A stretch of 63,077 bases of DNA, from assembly GCA_022600975.1 (NCBI GenBank), contig JAHZJJ010000168.1, positions 1 to 63,077 on the forward strand. Reading direction: 5' to 3'. Of the stretch, positions 1-10,876 are shown one piece after another; positions within the stretch are counted from its first letter, which is position 1, and each line of letters begins with the position of its first letter. Both the position numbers and the translations under genes were made by a program. The notes under the pieces were generated by a model that ran no database searches, was not told where the DNA came from, and saw only the letters and a program-made list of their open reading frames with translations. Source of the stretch: Gammaproteobacteria bacterium (GTDB lineage: Bacteria; Pseudomonadota; Gammaproteobacteria; Pseudomonadales; Cellvibrionaceae).

Positions 1-142
1 CGATAATACAAGCAGCCAAGCGTAAGGCTAGAGGTTACAAGAAACCTCACTATAAAATCATGGTTTATCTGCTGACGGGAAAGTTAGATTTCACACGGGT
101 GAATAAATCCTGTTTACCCACTTAAAATTCAAAAGAGCCAAT

Positions 143-2116
143 TTAACCTTTAGTCAATTCATTCAAATTTTTAAAAAGCTCCAATGCTTCAGGGTTGGCC
201 AGTGCCTCCCGATTTTTTATCGGTTGACCATGTACTAGATTGCGTACAGCAAGTTCGACAATCTTACCGCTTTTGGTCCGTGGGATATCCGCTACCTGTA
301 TCACTTTGGCGGGCACATGTCGCGGAGTGGTATTGGCGCGAATAGTGGTGCGAATTTTTTGTGTCAGTACATCGTCCAACTCAACCTCCTCACGAAGTAC
401 TACGAATAATACTACACGTACATCGCTGCGCCATTGTTGACCAATACAGACACTCTCCAGCACTTCATCGATTTTTTCTACCTGACGATAGATTTCGGCA
501 GTGCCAATACGCACTCCTCCCGGATTAAGCACTGCATCGGAGCGGCCATGAATCACCATACCGCCATGCTTGGTAAGCTCAGCGTAATCACCTTGGTTCC
601 ACACTCCCGGCCAGCGGGCAAAGTAAGCTTGATGGTATCTGCTACCATCATCGTCACCCCAGAAACCGATGGGCATGCAGGGAAAAGTGCTGACACAGAC
701 CAGTTCACCCTTTTCTTCTATCAATGGCTCGCCTGCATCACTCCAAACCTCGGCCGCCATGCCCAAGCCACGACATTGCAGCTCACCGGCATATACGGGT
801 AAAACCGGATTGCCGAGGGCAAAGGTGGAGAGAATATCGGTGCCGCCAGAAATAGAGGCCAAGCAGATATTCGCCTTGATTTCCCGATACACATAATGAA
901 AACTTTCGTCGGCCAGAGGTGATCCTGTAGAGAGTATCGTGCGTAATTGCAGAAGCTTATGGGTTTGGCGTGGTTTGCACCGCTTTTTTTCCAGTGCGGC
1001 AATATATTTGGCGCTGGTGCCAAATATACTGATGTCTTCCTCATCCACCATATCCAGCAAGCTTTGTACCCGGGGATAAAAAGGTGAACCGTCATATAGC
1101 ACCAAAGTAGCACCAGACGCCAAGCCACTTACCAGCCAGTTCCACATCATCCAGCCACAGGTTGTAAAATAAAACAGCGTATCCTCACGCTTTAGATCGC
1201 AATGAAGGCGGTGTTCTTTTAAATGCTGCAACAATACGCCACCAACTCCATGCACAATACATTTGGGTGCACCGGTAGTGCCGGAGGAATACATAATATA
1301 CAGCGGGTGATCAAATTTCGTGCGCACAAATTGCAGTTCACGACTTGGTGCCGCGCTGATAAACTGTTGCATAGATACCGTTTTTTGCAGTTTTGTAATA
1401 GCCTCTGCAGTTTTCTCAGCAGTGCGAGTAACGGGTACTACCACCAACTTTTGCAGCGAGCTTATCTGCTTAACTACTTGCTCTAGGCGCGCCAAGGTGT
1501 CGATGGTTTTACCATTGTAAAAATAACCTTCACAGGCAAATAGCAATTTGGGTTCAACCTGGCCAAAGCGGTCTAATACCCCGTTAAGCCCAAAATCCGG
1601 TGAGCAGGACGTCCAGATGGCACCAAGGCTGCTGGTTGCCAACATTGCCACCACCGTATCGATAATATTGGGCATAAAGCCGGCAACTCTGTCGCCCTTT
1701 ACTATTCCGGCATCGCTGAGGGCCGCAGCGATCTCCGTTACTCGTTGGCGCAATTGTGCGTAGCTCAATTGGCGACGCTGGCCGTTCTCCAGTCGCTCTA
1801 CCAGAGCGATACGATCATCGCTGTAACGCAATAGGTTCTCTGCAAAGTTGAGTTGTGTTTGGGGAAACCACTTTGCTCCGGGCATCGCGTCTTCACTCAG
1901 AATACGCTGGCCACGGTCACTGCCGATCACTCCAACAAAATCCCACAAATTAGCCCAAAACGCCTCGCGCTGATCCAGGCTCCATTGGTATAGATGGGGG
2001 TAATCCGCCAGCTGTAAATTGTAACGCTGGTTAATAACACGACGAAACTGATCCATTTGGGTAGCAGTGATAGCCTCGGCTGAGGGTTGCCATAGTGGTT
2101 GAAACTTGTCATTCAT
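143..2116 (-). CDS. Acetoacetate--CoA ligase (acetoacetyl-CoA synthetase)
   Basis: AMP-binding motif YSSGTTGAPKC, TTCGWMMWNWLVS, SISGGTDI and C-terminal PRTKSGKIVELAV; 657 aa. Confidence 0.93.
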   Translation of the reverse strand: MNDKFQPLWQPSAEAITATQMDQFRRVINQRYNLQLADYPHLYQWSLDQREAFWANLWDFVGVIGSDRGQRILSEDAMPGAKWFPQTQLNFAENLLRYSDDRIALVERLENGQRRQLSYAQLRQRVTEIAAALSDAGIVKGDRVAGFMPNIIDTVVAMLATSSLGAIWTSCSPDFGLNGVLDRFGQVEPKLLFACEGYFYNGKTIDTLARLEQVVKQISSLQKLVVVPVTRTAEKTAEAITKLQKTVSMQQFISAAPSRELQFVRTKFDHPLYIMYSSGTTGAPKCIVHGVGGVLLQHLKEHRLHCDLKREDTLFYFTTCGWMMWNWLVSGLASGATLVLYDGSPFYPRVQSLLDMVDEEDISIFGTSAKYIAALEKKRCKPRQTHKLLQLRTILSTGSPLADESFHYVYREIKANICLASISGGTDILSTFALGNPVLPVYAGELQCRGLGMAAEVWSDAGEPLIEEKGELVCVSTFPCMPIGFWGDDDGSRYHQAYFARWPGVWNQGDYAELTKHGGMVIHGRSDAVLNPGGVRIGTAEIYRQVEKIDEVLESVCIGQQWRSDVRVVLFVVLREEVELDDVLTQKIRTTIRANTTPRHVPAKVIQVADIPRTKSGKIVELAVRNLVHGQPIKNREALANPEALELFKNLNELTKG

Positions 2117-2204
2117 TGATGCTGACCTTTTGATATCTCATCATTCTGCTGATCCCGCCTAGCACAGTGCCAGGGGGGTAAGATTTATCGTGCTTTTGAG
2201 TTTT

Positions 2205-2795
2205 TCAGGAACGGTAGGGTGAGCGTTTGGCAGAATTTTGTTTCGGTTTCTCACTAAGGGTTGGCCAAGCTGCGCGCAAATAGACAATCATTGTCCACAG
2301 AGTAAGCGCAGCGGCAATATAGAGCAGGATATAACCGATAGTCTCTATATTGGGGAACGCGCGTACATCAAAGCCAAGTAAGACGATAATGGCAACCATT
2401 TGCGCAGTGGTTTTGATTTTACCTACGTAGGATACCGCCACGCTGTGGCGCAAACCCAGCCCGGCCATCCACTCGCGTAGTGCAGACACTGCTATCTCGC
2501 GCCCGATAATGATTGCGGCGGCTATAGTAAACCAGGCATTCTTGTGCAGCCCAACTAACAATACTAGAGCAACAGCTACCATCAGTTTATCTGCTACAGG
2601 GTCGAGAAAGGCTCCAAAAGCGGTACTTTGATTCATCCTACGGGCGAGATGGCCATCCAGCCAGTCGGTTGCCGCAGCCGTAGAAAAAATAATCGCAGAG
2701 GCAAAATAACTCCATTGGTAAGGAAGATAAAATACCAGTACGAAGACCGGTATCAACGCAACCCGCAACAGTGTTAGTTGGTTGGCGAGAGTCAT
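2205..2795 (-). CDS. pgsA: CDP-diacylglycerol--glycerol-3-phosphate 3-phosphatidyltransferase
   Basis: CDP-alcohol phosphotransferase motif DWLDGHLAR...[10 protein letters not shown]; follows uvrC. Confidence 0.96.
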   Translation of the reverse strand: MTLANQLTLLRVALIPVFVLVFYLPYQWSYFASAIIFSTAAATDWLDGHLARRMNQSTAFGAFLDPVADKLMVAVALVLLVGLHKNAWFTIAAAIIIGREIAVSALREWMAGLGLRHSVAVSYVGKIKTTAQMVAIIVLLGFDVRAFPNIETIGYILLYIAAALTLWTMIVYLRAAWPTLSEKPKQNSAKRSPYRS

Positions 2796-2928
2796 GCTAG
2801 CCCTTTTATCTTCGTTGTGTGAAATTTACCAAGACAGTGTGAAAAAATAAACGCCAAAATACCATTTAATGAAACTGCTGTGTGCTTTGTAAGCTAGTGA
2901 GTCGGTTTCATCAATAGGTTATCGCTAA

Positions 2929-4776
2929 CTAACCGTTATGCAACTCAGAATATACGGCTTCTGCGAGCTTGTGACTGACGCCTTCGACCGTTGCCAAATC
3001 ATTAACACTGGCGCGGCGGATCTCTTGTAGCCCGCCGAAATGACGCAACAGTGCACGCCTGCGGGCAGGCCCTACGCCTGCAATAGTCTCTAATGGCGAC
3101 TCCCTGCGCTTTTTATCCCGCCGTTGGCGATGGCCGGTAATCGCAAAGCGATGGGCCTCATCGCGTACCTGTTGAATCAGATGCAAACCTGGAGAATCAG
3201 ATTCCAACACCAATTCGCGCTGTTTCGCAACTAAGTGTAAGGTTTCGAAACCCGCTTTGCGGCTGCTGCCTTTTGCTACACCGATAATCTGTACTCCGAT
3301 CACTCCCAGCTCATTGAGGCAGTCTACAGCTTGATGAACCTGTCCTTTGCCGCCATCAATGAGCAGAAGGTTGGGAAACTGCCCCTCCCCACTGCAAAGG
3401 CGACTATAGCGGCGTTTCAGTGCTTGGGCCATAGCGGCGAAATCATCGCCAGCCTGGATACCTTCAATGTTGAAGCGCCGATAATCAGACTTCACCGCAC
3501 CTTCTACATCAAATACTACACAAGATGCCACCGTCGCTTCGCCACTGGAATGGCTGATATCAAAACATTCAATGCGTTCAGGTAACTCAGCCAGATGGAG
3601 CAGCTTCTGAAGGTTCTCGAAACGGCTCTGAAGCTTTTGTTGTGTGGCAGCGCGGCTGTGTAAATTGTGTTTTGCAGCTTGCTGGGCCATCTCAATCCAA
3701 CGCGCACGGGTTCCGCGCAATTTGTGTGAAATGACAATTTCTTTGTTTGCGTTTGCACTCAAGGCTTGTTGAATTACCATTACATCCTCCATCTCATGAG
3801 CCACGAGAATCTGCCGTGGTGGTTGTCTCTGATTGCTGAGATAAAACTGAGGAATAAAAGCGCTCAACAGCCCCGCACTGGAAAGCCCCAGGCGCTCTGC
3901 CGGGAAATAGCTGCGACTGCCCAGTATTCGCCCCTGACGAATGAACAAAATATGCACACAGCCAATGCCATTGGCCGAGGCAACCCCGAGTACATCTACA
4001 TCCCCCCCTCCACTTTCGGCAATCTGTTCAGCTTGTAAACGGCGCAGGTCTTTGATCTGATCGCGTAACCTTGCAGCTTTTTCAAATGCGAGCTGGCGCG
4101 AGGCTTGCTCCATTTGATCGGCCAGTTCGCTCAGTACCTCGTCACTTGTGCCATTCAAAAACATCTGTGCATGACGCACATCTGTCTGATAGTCTTCTTT
4201 GTTGATTAGGTTAACACAGGGAGCAGTACAACGTTGAATCTGATATTGTAAACAGGGGCGCGAGCGATTGCGAAACACACTGTCTTCACAGGAGCGAATG
4301 CGAAAGGTTTTATGCAAAAAGTTGAGGCTTTCACGCACCGAAGAGGCATTGGGGAAGGGGCCAAAATACTGGCCTTTTTGCCGCTTGGAACCTCGGTGTA
4401 AGGTGAGCCGGGGAAAGGTCGCTTTGCTGGAGAGAAAAATATAAGGGTAACCCTTATCATCCTTCAGCATAACATTGTAGGGTGGATGCTGAGATTTTAT
4501 CAGGCCCTGTTCCAATACCAAGGCCTCTATTTCATTGCGGGTTATGGTTACCTCGATGCTGGCGATACGCTGTACTAATGCTAGGGTTTTGGTATTTGTG
4601 CCACTGGCGCGAAAGTAGCTGGAAAGTCGGTTGTGTAGGTTTTTGGCTTTGCCGATATAAAGCACCTTCCCGTCGCCATCAAACATCTGATAGACTCCAG
4701 GTTTGCGGGTCACTGTTACTAGAAAACCCTTGTTATCAAACTGAGCTTTTTTAGTCACATTTACGTTGTTAGCCAT
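2929..4776 (-). CDS. uvrC: Excinuclease ABC subunit C
   Basis: GIY-YIG (PGVYQM..LYIGKAKNL), UVR domain, RIECFDISH, LIDGGKGQ, C-terminal HhH. Confidence 0.98.
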   Translation of the reverse strand: MANNVNVTKKAQFDNKGFLVTVTRKPGVYQMFDGDGKVLYIGKAKNLHNRLSSYFRASGTNTKTLALVQRIASIEVTITRNEIEALVLEQGLIKSQHPPYNVMLKDDKGYPYIFLSSKATFPRLTLHRGSKRQKGQYFGPFPNASSVRESLNFLHKTFRIRSCEDSVFRNRSRPCLQYQIQRCTAPCVNLINKEDYQTDVRHAQMFLNGTSDEVLSELADQMEQASRQLAFEKAARLRDQIKDLRRLQAEQIAESGGGDVDVLGVASANGIGCVHILFIRQGRILGSRSYFPAERLGLSSAGLLSAFIPQFYLSNQRQPPRQILVAHEMEDVMVIQQALSANANKEIVISHKLRGTRARWIEMAQQAAKHNLHSRAATQQKLQSRFENLQKLLHLAELPERIECFDISHSSGEATVASCVVFDVEGAVKSDYRRFNIEGIQAGDDFAAMAQALKRRYSRLCSGEGQFPNLLLIDGGKGQVHQAVDCLNELGVIGVQIIGVAKGSSRKAGFETLHLVAKQRELVLESDSPGLHLIQQVRDEAHRFAITGHRQRRDKKRRESPLETIAGVGPARRRALLRHFGGLQEIRRASVNDLATVEGVSHKLAEAVYSELHNG

Positions 4777-4840
4777 TGTATATTGCCATTACTTACCTCC
4801 TGGCATGTCAATCTTAGACTTCTGTTCAGCTATCGCGTTC

Positions 4841-5485
4841 TCATAACGCTACTTCAGGGTCCAGAAACTGGTATTTTACAGCTAAAAGTGTCAATTCCAC
4901 ATCACTATGTAGATCAAGTTTTTCAAATATTCGATATCGATAGGTGTTGACTGTTTTGGGGCTGACCGACAAAGTTTCAGCAATGTCTGCTACCCTTTTG
5001 CCATTCACAATCATAAAGGCAATCTGCAACTCCCGCTCCGAAAGTGCTTCGAAGGGAGAGGACTTTCCACTGATTGTTCGCATGGCTACTGTTGTTGCTA
5101 TGGAGTTGCTCATATAGGTCCTCCCGTTCATTACTGTATGAATTGCTTGCACCATTGCCTCTAGATCATCCTTTTTACTAACGTAACCACTGACACCCGC
5201 TTGGAGTAAGCGGGTTGGAAAGAGGCCGTCGTCTAACGCGCTGACAACTACAATTTTTATCTGGGGAAAACGAGATAACAATTTTCGGGTGGCCTCGAGC
5301 CCACCCATACTTGGCATGCGAACATCCATTAAAATAACATCTACCTCGACTTGGCGCACAAAGCCAAGGGCACCTTCGCCGCTTTTGGCTTCACCCACTA
5401 CTTTTATCCCCTCGAGATCCTTCAGCATACGGGAAATACCCATACGCACCAGATCGTGGTCGTCTACTACTAAGACTTTTATCAA
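4841..5485 (-). CDS. uvrY: UvrY/GacA/SirA response regulator
   Basis: REC domain (VDDHDLVR, LMDVRMP) plus LuxR HTH (LSERELQIA..SPKTVNTYRYRIFEKL); TTG start after GGAG; directly upstream of uvrC. Confidence 0.96.
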   Translation of the reverse strand: MIKVLVVDDHDLVRMGISRMLKDLEGIKVVGEAKSGEGALGFVRQVEVDVILMDVRMPSMGGLEATRKLLSRFPQIKIVVVSALDDGLFPTRLLQAGVSGYVSKKDDLEAMVQAIHTVMNGRTYMSNSIATTVAMRTISGKSSPFEALSERELQIAFMIVNGKRVADIAETLSVSPKTVNTYRYRIFEKLDLHSDVELTLLAVKYQFLDPEVAL

Positions 5486-5926
5486 ATTAGCTCCAATTAC
5501 GGGATTGTTCGTTATTGACGTTTATAATTTTTATTCCGTATAACGCTTCGGCGCAGTTGACTGTATTGTTCGGTCAGGTAGCCCTAAGTGCCAATTTTGA
5601 CATAAGGCTTTTGAGGGTAAGTTTAAGTCTAAACCCAATTGTCATCATATCAATGATGTTCTTGGGCAGTATCAACGCAACCGGTTGTTCAGGCAATATT
5701 TATTTTATTGCCAAACCTGACCTATAGAAGCAAACGACTTTTATATCCAATATTATTTTTAGAAGAGGCACTTTTTATGCTTATTGGCAGAAAAACACTG
5801 TCTCTTTGTCGTCAGCTTCCAATAGACGCCATTACCTGTCTGCAGAGTGGCTTAATTGAGTGCTTACCTTAGTTTAAGGGGACATTATATTTTACTGCCT
5901 CAACGGTTAATGTAATACACTAAAAC

Positions 5927-7882
5927 TCAATTTTTATCTGCATCAATATATAAATGCTGCTCCCTATGGGTTGATGGTTGGCCCGTCGGTATTCGAAGTT
6001 TCCGTGAATGATAATAGTTGTTACCCAGAATAGCTATAAGCACAATGATTCCAATTAATGATACATAATACCCTGAAACAAAAATTGCTATTCCCGCGGC
6101 AAAGGATGATAGGCGACTGATACGACCCAGTTTAGTAAAGCAATAACCTTCAATTGCAATTGCAAAAGAAATGATAAGTGCCACAGTTTGGCTGATTGCA
6201 CTAATAAAATCCGTCAGGTTAGTCTTGTCTGTATACAATAGATCCGAGTAAACCATCATTAGGGGTATAATAAAGAGTCCTTGGGATAACTTAAATGCGG
6301 AAATTGCAGTTGTCATTGGGCGACTATTGGCAATTCCTGCTGCAGTAAAAGCGGCAAGTGCAATGGGTGGTGTCACGTTTGAGCTTTGTGATAGCCAAAA
6401 AATAACCATATTGGCGGCAATTAATGAAAGCCCCATACTACCCAAAGCAGGGCCTGCCATTATCGCAATGACGATATAAGCTGCTGTTACCGGCAAGCCC
6501 AACCCCAAGATTAGCGCACATAAGGCGACGAGTACAAGCGCCAGCCACAACTGTCCATTTGCAAATGAAATAACTAACTCAGTAAACTGTAAACCTAGCC
6601 CAGTTTGGCCAATAGTGCCGACGACTATACCTGCAGTTGCGCAGGCGATAGAAATTGGCAGCGCCATCACCGCCCCCTTTTTCATTCCTTCCAGAAGCTT
6701 TGTAAAAGATATCCAGGTATGCCGACGCATAAAGGCCACAGTTACAATTGCGATACAGCCAGCAAGAGCAACCAAAGTTGGTGAGTAGTTCATTAGTAGT
6801 AATACTGTAATCAAGACTAGGGGGAATATAAAATGCACATTTTTAAAAAAAGTTTTCCAAGTATTAGATTTATTGATTTCACCCTTTAAATTGAGTTTGC
6901 AAGCCATTAAGTGTACATACAGCAGGGTGCTAAAAAAATACAAAATTGCAGGAGCAATAGCCATCCAAACAATATCGTTGTAAGGCACATTAGTGAATTT
7001 GGCCATGATGAAAGCGCCTGCGCCCATAATCGGCGGCATGATCTGCCCTCCCGTTGATGCCGCTGCCTCTATTCCGGCGGCCTGCTCCGGCCTGTAGCCA
7101 ACTTTTTTCATCATCGGAATAGTAATTACGCCAGAAGTTGCGGTGTTTGCAATCGCTGATCCTGAAATGCTGCCAAGTGCAGCTGACGCAACAACAGCAG
7201 CTTTGGCTGGGCCTCCTCGATATTTCCCAAACCCGGCATAAGCTAGATCAATGAAGAATTTTCCCGCCCCAGTTATTTCTAACAAAGCACCAAACAATAC
7301 AAATATAAATACCGTACTTGCTGCAATACCCAATGCCGGGCCAAAAATTCCCGAAGCGGTATAAACCTGAAAACGAACCATACGCTCAAGGCTAAATCCT
7401 TTGTGTTCCAGAACTCCGGGAAAATAAGAGCCAAAGATGGTGTAGATAATAAAAGCAGAACCAATTAATGTCATTGCCAAACCTACAGTGCGTCTGGCAG
7501 CTTCCAGTAACAATACAATTAGGCAAATACCAGCTAGTAGATTATCCGGCTGTAACCCATTTAGCATGTGATCAATCTGATTATAATCAAATACTACTAT
7601 TTTATAGCCAATCCAAAGAGCTAAAATACTCAAAAAGGCATCGGTATATCTAGAAACGGTGAATAAGGGATGATTCGTATCACTTAGCAAGGGCTTAAAT
7701 AAAAGAGCCAATACCAGTACCCAGGTAAGGTGTATTGGGCGGAGATAAGTTGATGGTAGCCAGGAGCTTGCACCCTGCCACAATTGAAAAATAGAAAGGC
7801 TAATGGCTAATATGAGTGCCGTTTGAAGTAGTCTTTCAGCAAATAATCTGGAAAATTTTGAGTTGTGTATTGTTGTGAACAT
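5927..7882 (-). CDS. TRAP transporter fused 4TM/12TM permease (TAXI type)
   Basis: Polytopic membrane protein with RGGPAKAAVVAS, GSISGSAIAN, EAAASTGGQIMPPIMGAGAFIMA and VTPPIALAAF. Confidence 0.93.
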   Translation of the reverse strand: MFTTIHNSKFSRLFAERLLQTALILAISLSIFQLWQGASSWLPSTYLRPIHLTWVLVLALLFKPLLSDTNHPLFTVSRYTDAFLSILALWIGYKIVVFDYNQIDHMLNGLQPDNLLAGICLIVLLLEAARRTVGLAMTLIGSAFIIYTIFGSYFPGVLEHKGFSLERMVRFQVYTASGIFGPALGIAASTVFIFVLFGALLEITGAGKFFIDLAYAGFGKYRGGPAKAAVVASAALGSISGSAIANTATSGVITIPMMKKVGYRPEQAAGIEAAASTGGQIMPPIMGAGAFIMAKFTNVPYNDIVWMAIAPAILYFFSTLLYVHLMACKLNLKGEINKSNTWKTFFKNVHFIFPLVLITVLLLMNYSPTLVALAGCIAIVTVAFMRRHTWISFTKLLEGMKKGAVMALPISIACATAGIVVGTIGQTGLGLQFTELVISFANGQLWLALVLVALCALILGLGLPVTAAYIVIAIMAGPALGSMGLSLIAANMVIFWLSQSSNVTPPIALAAFTAAGIANSRPMTTAISAFKLSQGLFIIPLMMVYSDLLYTDKTNLTDFISAISQTVALIISFAIAIEGYCFTKLGRISRLSSFAAGIAIFVSGYYVSLIGIIVLIAILGNNYYHSRKLRIPTGQPSTHREQHLYIDADKN

Positions 7883-7900
7883 AAATTTAACCCTCTTTAA

Positions 7901-8899
7901 TTATTCTGATATTTTCTTTTTTTTCAGATTTAATGATTTAGAAGAAGATGTAATAGTACTTCGTTCTTTAAAATAACGTGCAGCTCCCGGGTGTATAGGC
8001 ACAGCGGCAAGGTTATACGCATTCTCGGGTGTGGTTACATCTAGCACGCGGCTTATCTGGCGCAGCTTATTGATATTTTCAAACACCGTTTTTGTCAAGG
8101 CGTAAGCCATTTCTTCATCCATTTCTTGGTTTGCCAAGAGTACATTCCAAACAGCGGGCACTCGTACCTGCTCAACTCGGTTATAGGTCCCTGCAGCAAT
8201 ATCAAATCCAATATAAGAGGGATTGTCCTTATTAATTTTTTCGAGCTCACTTTGAGTAAAATTGATTAGGCGAATATCGCGTACAGTTGCAAGTTCAACA
8301 ATGGCAGAAACCCCTACTCCTCCAACGATAAAGCCAGCATCTATCCTACCGTCACGGATATCATTTGCTGTCTCTGTATAATTTAGATAGCGAGTATTAA
8401 TATGGCTTATATCTACATCTAACGTAGTAAGGATATTTTTTGCTGTGATTAATGTTCCGGAGCCAGCACCACCGAGAGATACCGTATGGCCAGCTAAATC
8501 TTTCACAGAATGGATGTTACTATCTGCTCTGACAATCAACTGAACCGCATTCGGATATACAGAAAACAATACCTCAATTGGCATTGCATATGGGAATCGA
8601 CCTTTACCATAATAAGCATCAAGGGCTACATTGCCCTGAGCAAGGCCTACTTCCCCCTCCCCAATCGCAACTTGAATGACATTTGCCAATGAGCCACCGG
8701 TAACCTCTGCTTTCATATTAAAATTATCTAATTTTTTCGACCACAAAGAAGACATAGCTCCTGCAATAGGATAATAGAGGCCGCTGGTGTTGCCAGATGC
8801 AAAAGAGTAATTTTCAGCATTAATATAACTTGAAAGGCTTCCGAGAAATATAGCCAAAAATAATGCCACCTTTGTTTTTTTTAATCTATATAAAATCAT
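7901..8899 (-). CDS. TAXI family TRAP transporter solute-binding protein
   Basis: Signal peptide; SGNTSGLYYPIAG, TGGSLAN, VSLGGAGSGT and PIHPGAARYF. Start is ATG 8899 or TTG 8911. Confidence 0.92.
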   Translation of the reverse strand: MILYRLKKTKVALFLAIFLGSLSSYINAENYSFASGNTSGLYYPIAGAMSSLWSKKLDNFNMKAEVTGGSLANVIQVAIGEGEVGLAQGNVALDAYYGKGRFPYAMPIEVLFSVYPNAVQLIVRADSNIHSVKDLAGHTVSLGGAGSGTLITAKNILTTLDVDISHINTRYLNYTETANDIRDGRIDAGFIVGGVGVSAIVELATVRDIRLINFTQSELEKINKDNPSYIGFDIAAGTYNRVEQVRVPAVWNVLLANQEMDEEMAYALTKTVFENINKLRQISRVLDVTTPENAYNLAAVPIHPGAARYFKERSTITSSSKSLNLKKKKISE

Positions 8900-8946
8900 A
8901 GCGCAATCCAAATTATTATGAGGTTTATTTAAAGTGGGATTAAGTC

Positions 8947-9018
8947 TTGAATAGTTTGATATTCAATCGTGTATGGTTTAGAAAAAATGATTAATCTGTA
9001 ATTGAAAACGCTTTTCAA
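8947..9018. promoter_or_regulatory. Two palindromic candidate operators upstream of the TAXI-TRAP genes
   Basis: TTGAATA-N6-TATTCAA (8947-8966) and TTGAAAA-CGC-TTTTCAA (9002-9018; resembles LacI-family operators). Confidence 0.4.
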
Positions 9019-9125
9019 ACATGCTCGATAATAGACCCCATTTTTTGCTTGAACGCGAGAGTTTAACGCGAAATTAAAAAGGTATTTTATAATCATACAG
9101 GTTGTTTGGCTTTGGAAATGCTGCA

Positions 9126-10565
9126 TCATTCAGACCTTCCATAATTATCTTCAAATCGAACAATATCGTCCTCTCCCAAATAGTCACCACTTTGAATCTC
9201 AATTAATACCAACTCAATAATCCCTGGATTCTCCAGGCGATGTTTGTTCCCCGCGGCAATGTAGGTGGATTCGTTGGTGCCGAGGAGTATTTCATGATTA
9301 CCATTAACAATGCGTGCCATTCCGCTGACAACAACCCAATGTTCTGATCGATGATGGTGCATTTGCAAAGATAAAGACGCGCCAGGTTTTACTGCGATAC
9401 GCTTTATTTTAAAACGTTCCCCCTCTTCTAAAACTGTATAGGTTCCCCATGGGCGATGTGCTTTACGATGAGAGAAATGCGCTTCATGTGCATTTTCCTT
9501 TAATTGGTTTACGATATGCTTTACTTCTTGGTCTTTATTTTTGTTTGCTACCAGTAAAGCATCTGGAGTGTCGACAATAATAAGGTCTTCAACCCCCACA
9601 AGAGCCGTGAGCCGATCATGGCTTTGGACAATATTATTTTTTGCAGAATGGGTTATTACTTCGCCTTCAAGGAAATTATTATTGCTATCGGACGTGGATA
9701 GTTTCCCCATGGTTGTCCATGAGCCGACATCACACCAGTCAATATTGCAGGGTACGGTTGCTACTTTCGATGATTTTTCCATGAGCGCATAGTCAATGGA
9801 TATATCTGGTACTGTGGCAAAGATGTCAGCATTAAGCTTTATGCTACGGTGATTTTCTGAAGTACACAAACGAGAATTCCTCAGTGTACTGTGTACAGAA
9901 TTGATTATTTCTGGGGAGTGATTGGCAAGTTCATCAATCAAGCTGCCAATACGAAAACAAAACATACCAGAATTCCAGAAGTAATTGCCAGATTCAAAAT
10001 ATAATTTAGCAGTTTGAAGATCTGGCTTTTCGACAAATTTTTTAACTACCATACCACCTTTTAATGTTTTCTCTCTATCAGCTTCGATATAGCCAAATCC
10101 ACTTTCTGGTGAATCCGGTTCGATACCGAAGGTAACTAGCCAGTTCTCAGCTGCCAGATTTCGAGCTCGTGTTACTGCTTCGGTAAACGCCTGCTGATTC
10201 TTAATTAGATGATCTGCGGCCAGTACTAGAAGCTGTGTATCAGAACCATGCACTGTTTGTAAATGAAGGGCTGCAGAGGTAATGGCTGCGGCAGTATTGC
10301 GCCCAAATGGCTCTAAAATAAAACTTTGCAAACAAGCTTTATTTTTGAATTTTTGATATTCATCTTCTGTTTTAAAGTAAAGTTCTTGATTGGTGACGGT
10401 CAGAATTTCTTCTACGCCCTCTAAGCTACAGGCCCGGGCGAAAGTTTTTTGAATTAAAGTTTCTCCATCGGGCAGGGGGATAAAGGGCTTGGGGTGAGAG
10501 GCGCGAGAAGCTGGCCACAAGCGGCTACCTATACCTCCAGCTAGAATGACAGGGATCAATTGCAT
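9126..10565 (-). CDS. manC: Mannose-1-phosphate guanylyltransferase / mannose-6-phosphate isomerase
   Basis: PVILAGGIGSRLWPASR, EPFGRNTAAAI, FVEKPD, WNSGMF and cupin RPWG..LSLQMHHHRSEHW; start MQLIPV after GAGG. Confidence 0.95.
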   Translation of the reverse strand: MQLIPVILAGGIGSRLWPASRASHPKPFIPLPDGETLIQKTFARACSLEGVEEILTVTNQELYFKTEDEYQKFKNKACLQSFILEPFGRNTAAAITSAALHLQTVHGSDTQLLVLAADHLIKNQQAFTEAVTRARNLAAENWLVTFGIEPDSPESGFGYIEADREKTLKGGMVVKKFVEKPDLQTAKLYFESGNYFWNSGMFCFRIGSLIDELANHSPEIINSVHSTLRNSRLCTSENHRSIKLNADIFATVPDISIDYALMEKSSKVATVPCNIDWCDVGSWTTMGKLSTSDSNNNFLEGEVITHSAKNNIVQSHDRLTALVGVEDLIIVDTPDALLVANKNKDQEVKHIVNQLKENAHEAHFSHRKAHRPWGTYTVLEEGERFKIKRIAVKPGASLSLQMHHHRSEHWVVVSGMARIVNGNHEILLGTNESTYIAAGNKHRLENPGIIELVLIEIQSGDYLGEDDIVRFEDNYGRSE

Positions 10566-10876
10566 ATTAAAGGTTCCTCTGAATAATCGCGCAACATTAG
10601 ACGTATGCGTTAGCACGTAACTATTGGATTGAGCTGTTTATATTTTGATCAGGGTGGGCGAGCGATTAGTATTGGATGCATATTTAGGACACTGATTTAT
10701 GAGTTTACTATCTGGTCTTGAGTGGTGCTGGGAGTGATAATATCAGTTGAGATTTAATTTGCCGCTATAGAGTGCATAAATCAGACAGTTCGAGTGATAT
10801 TTGATCGAAACTGAAGCGTAATCTGAGCGCAAAGCATTCCTATGGTCATTAACGCATTTCATAAAGAATCAATAGT

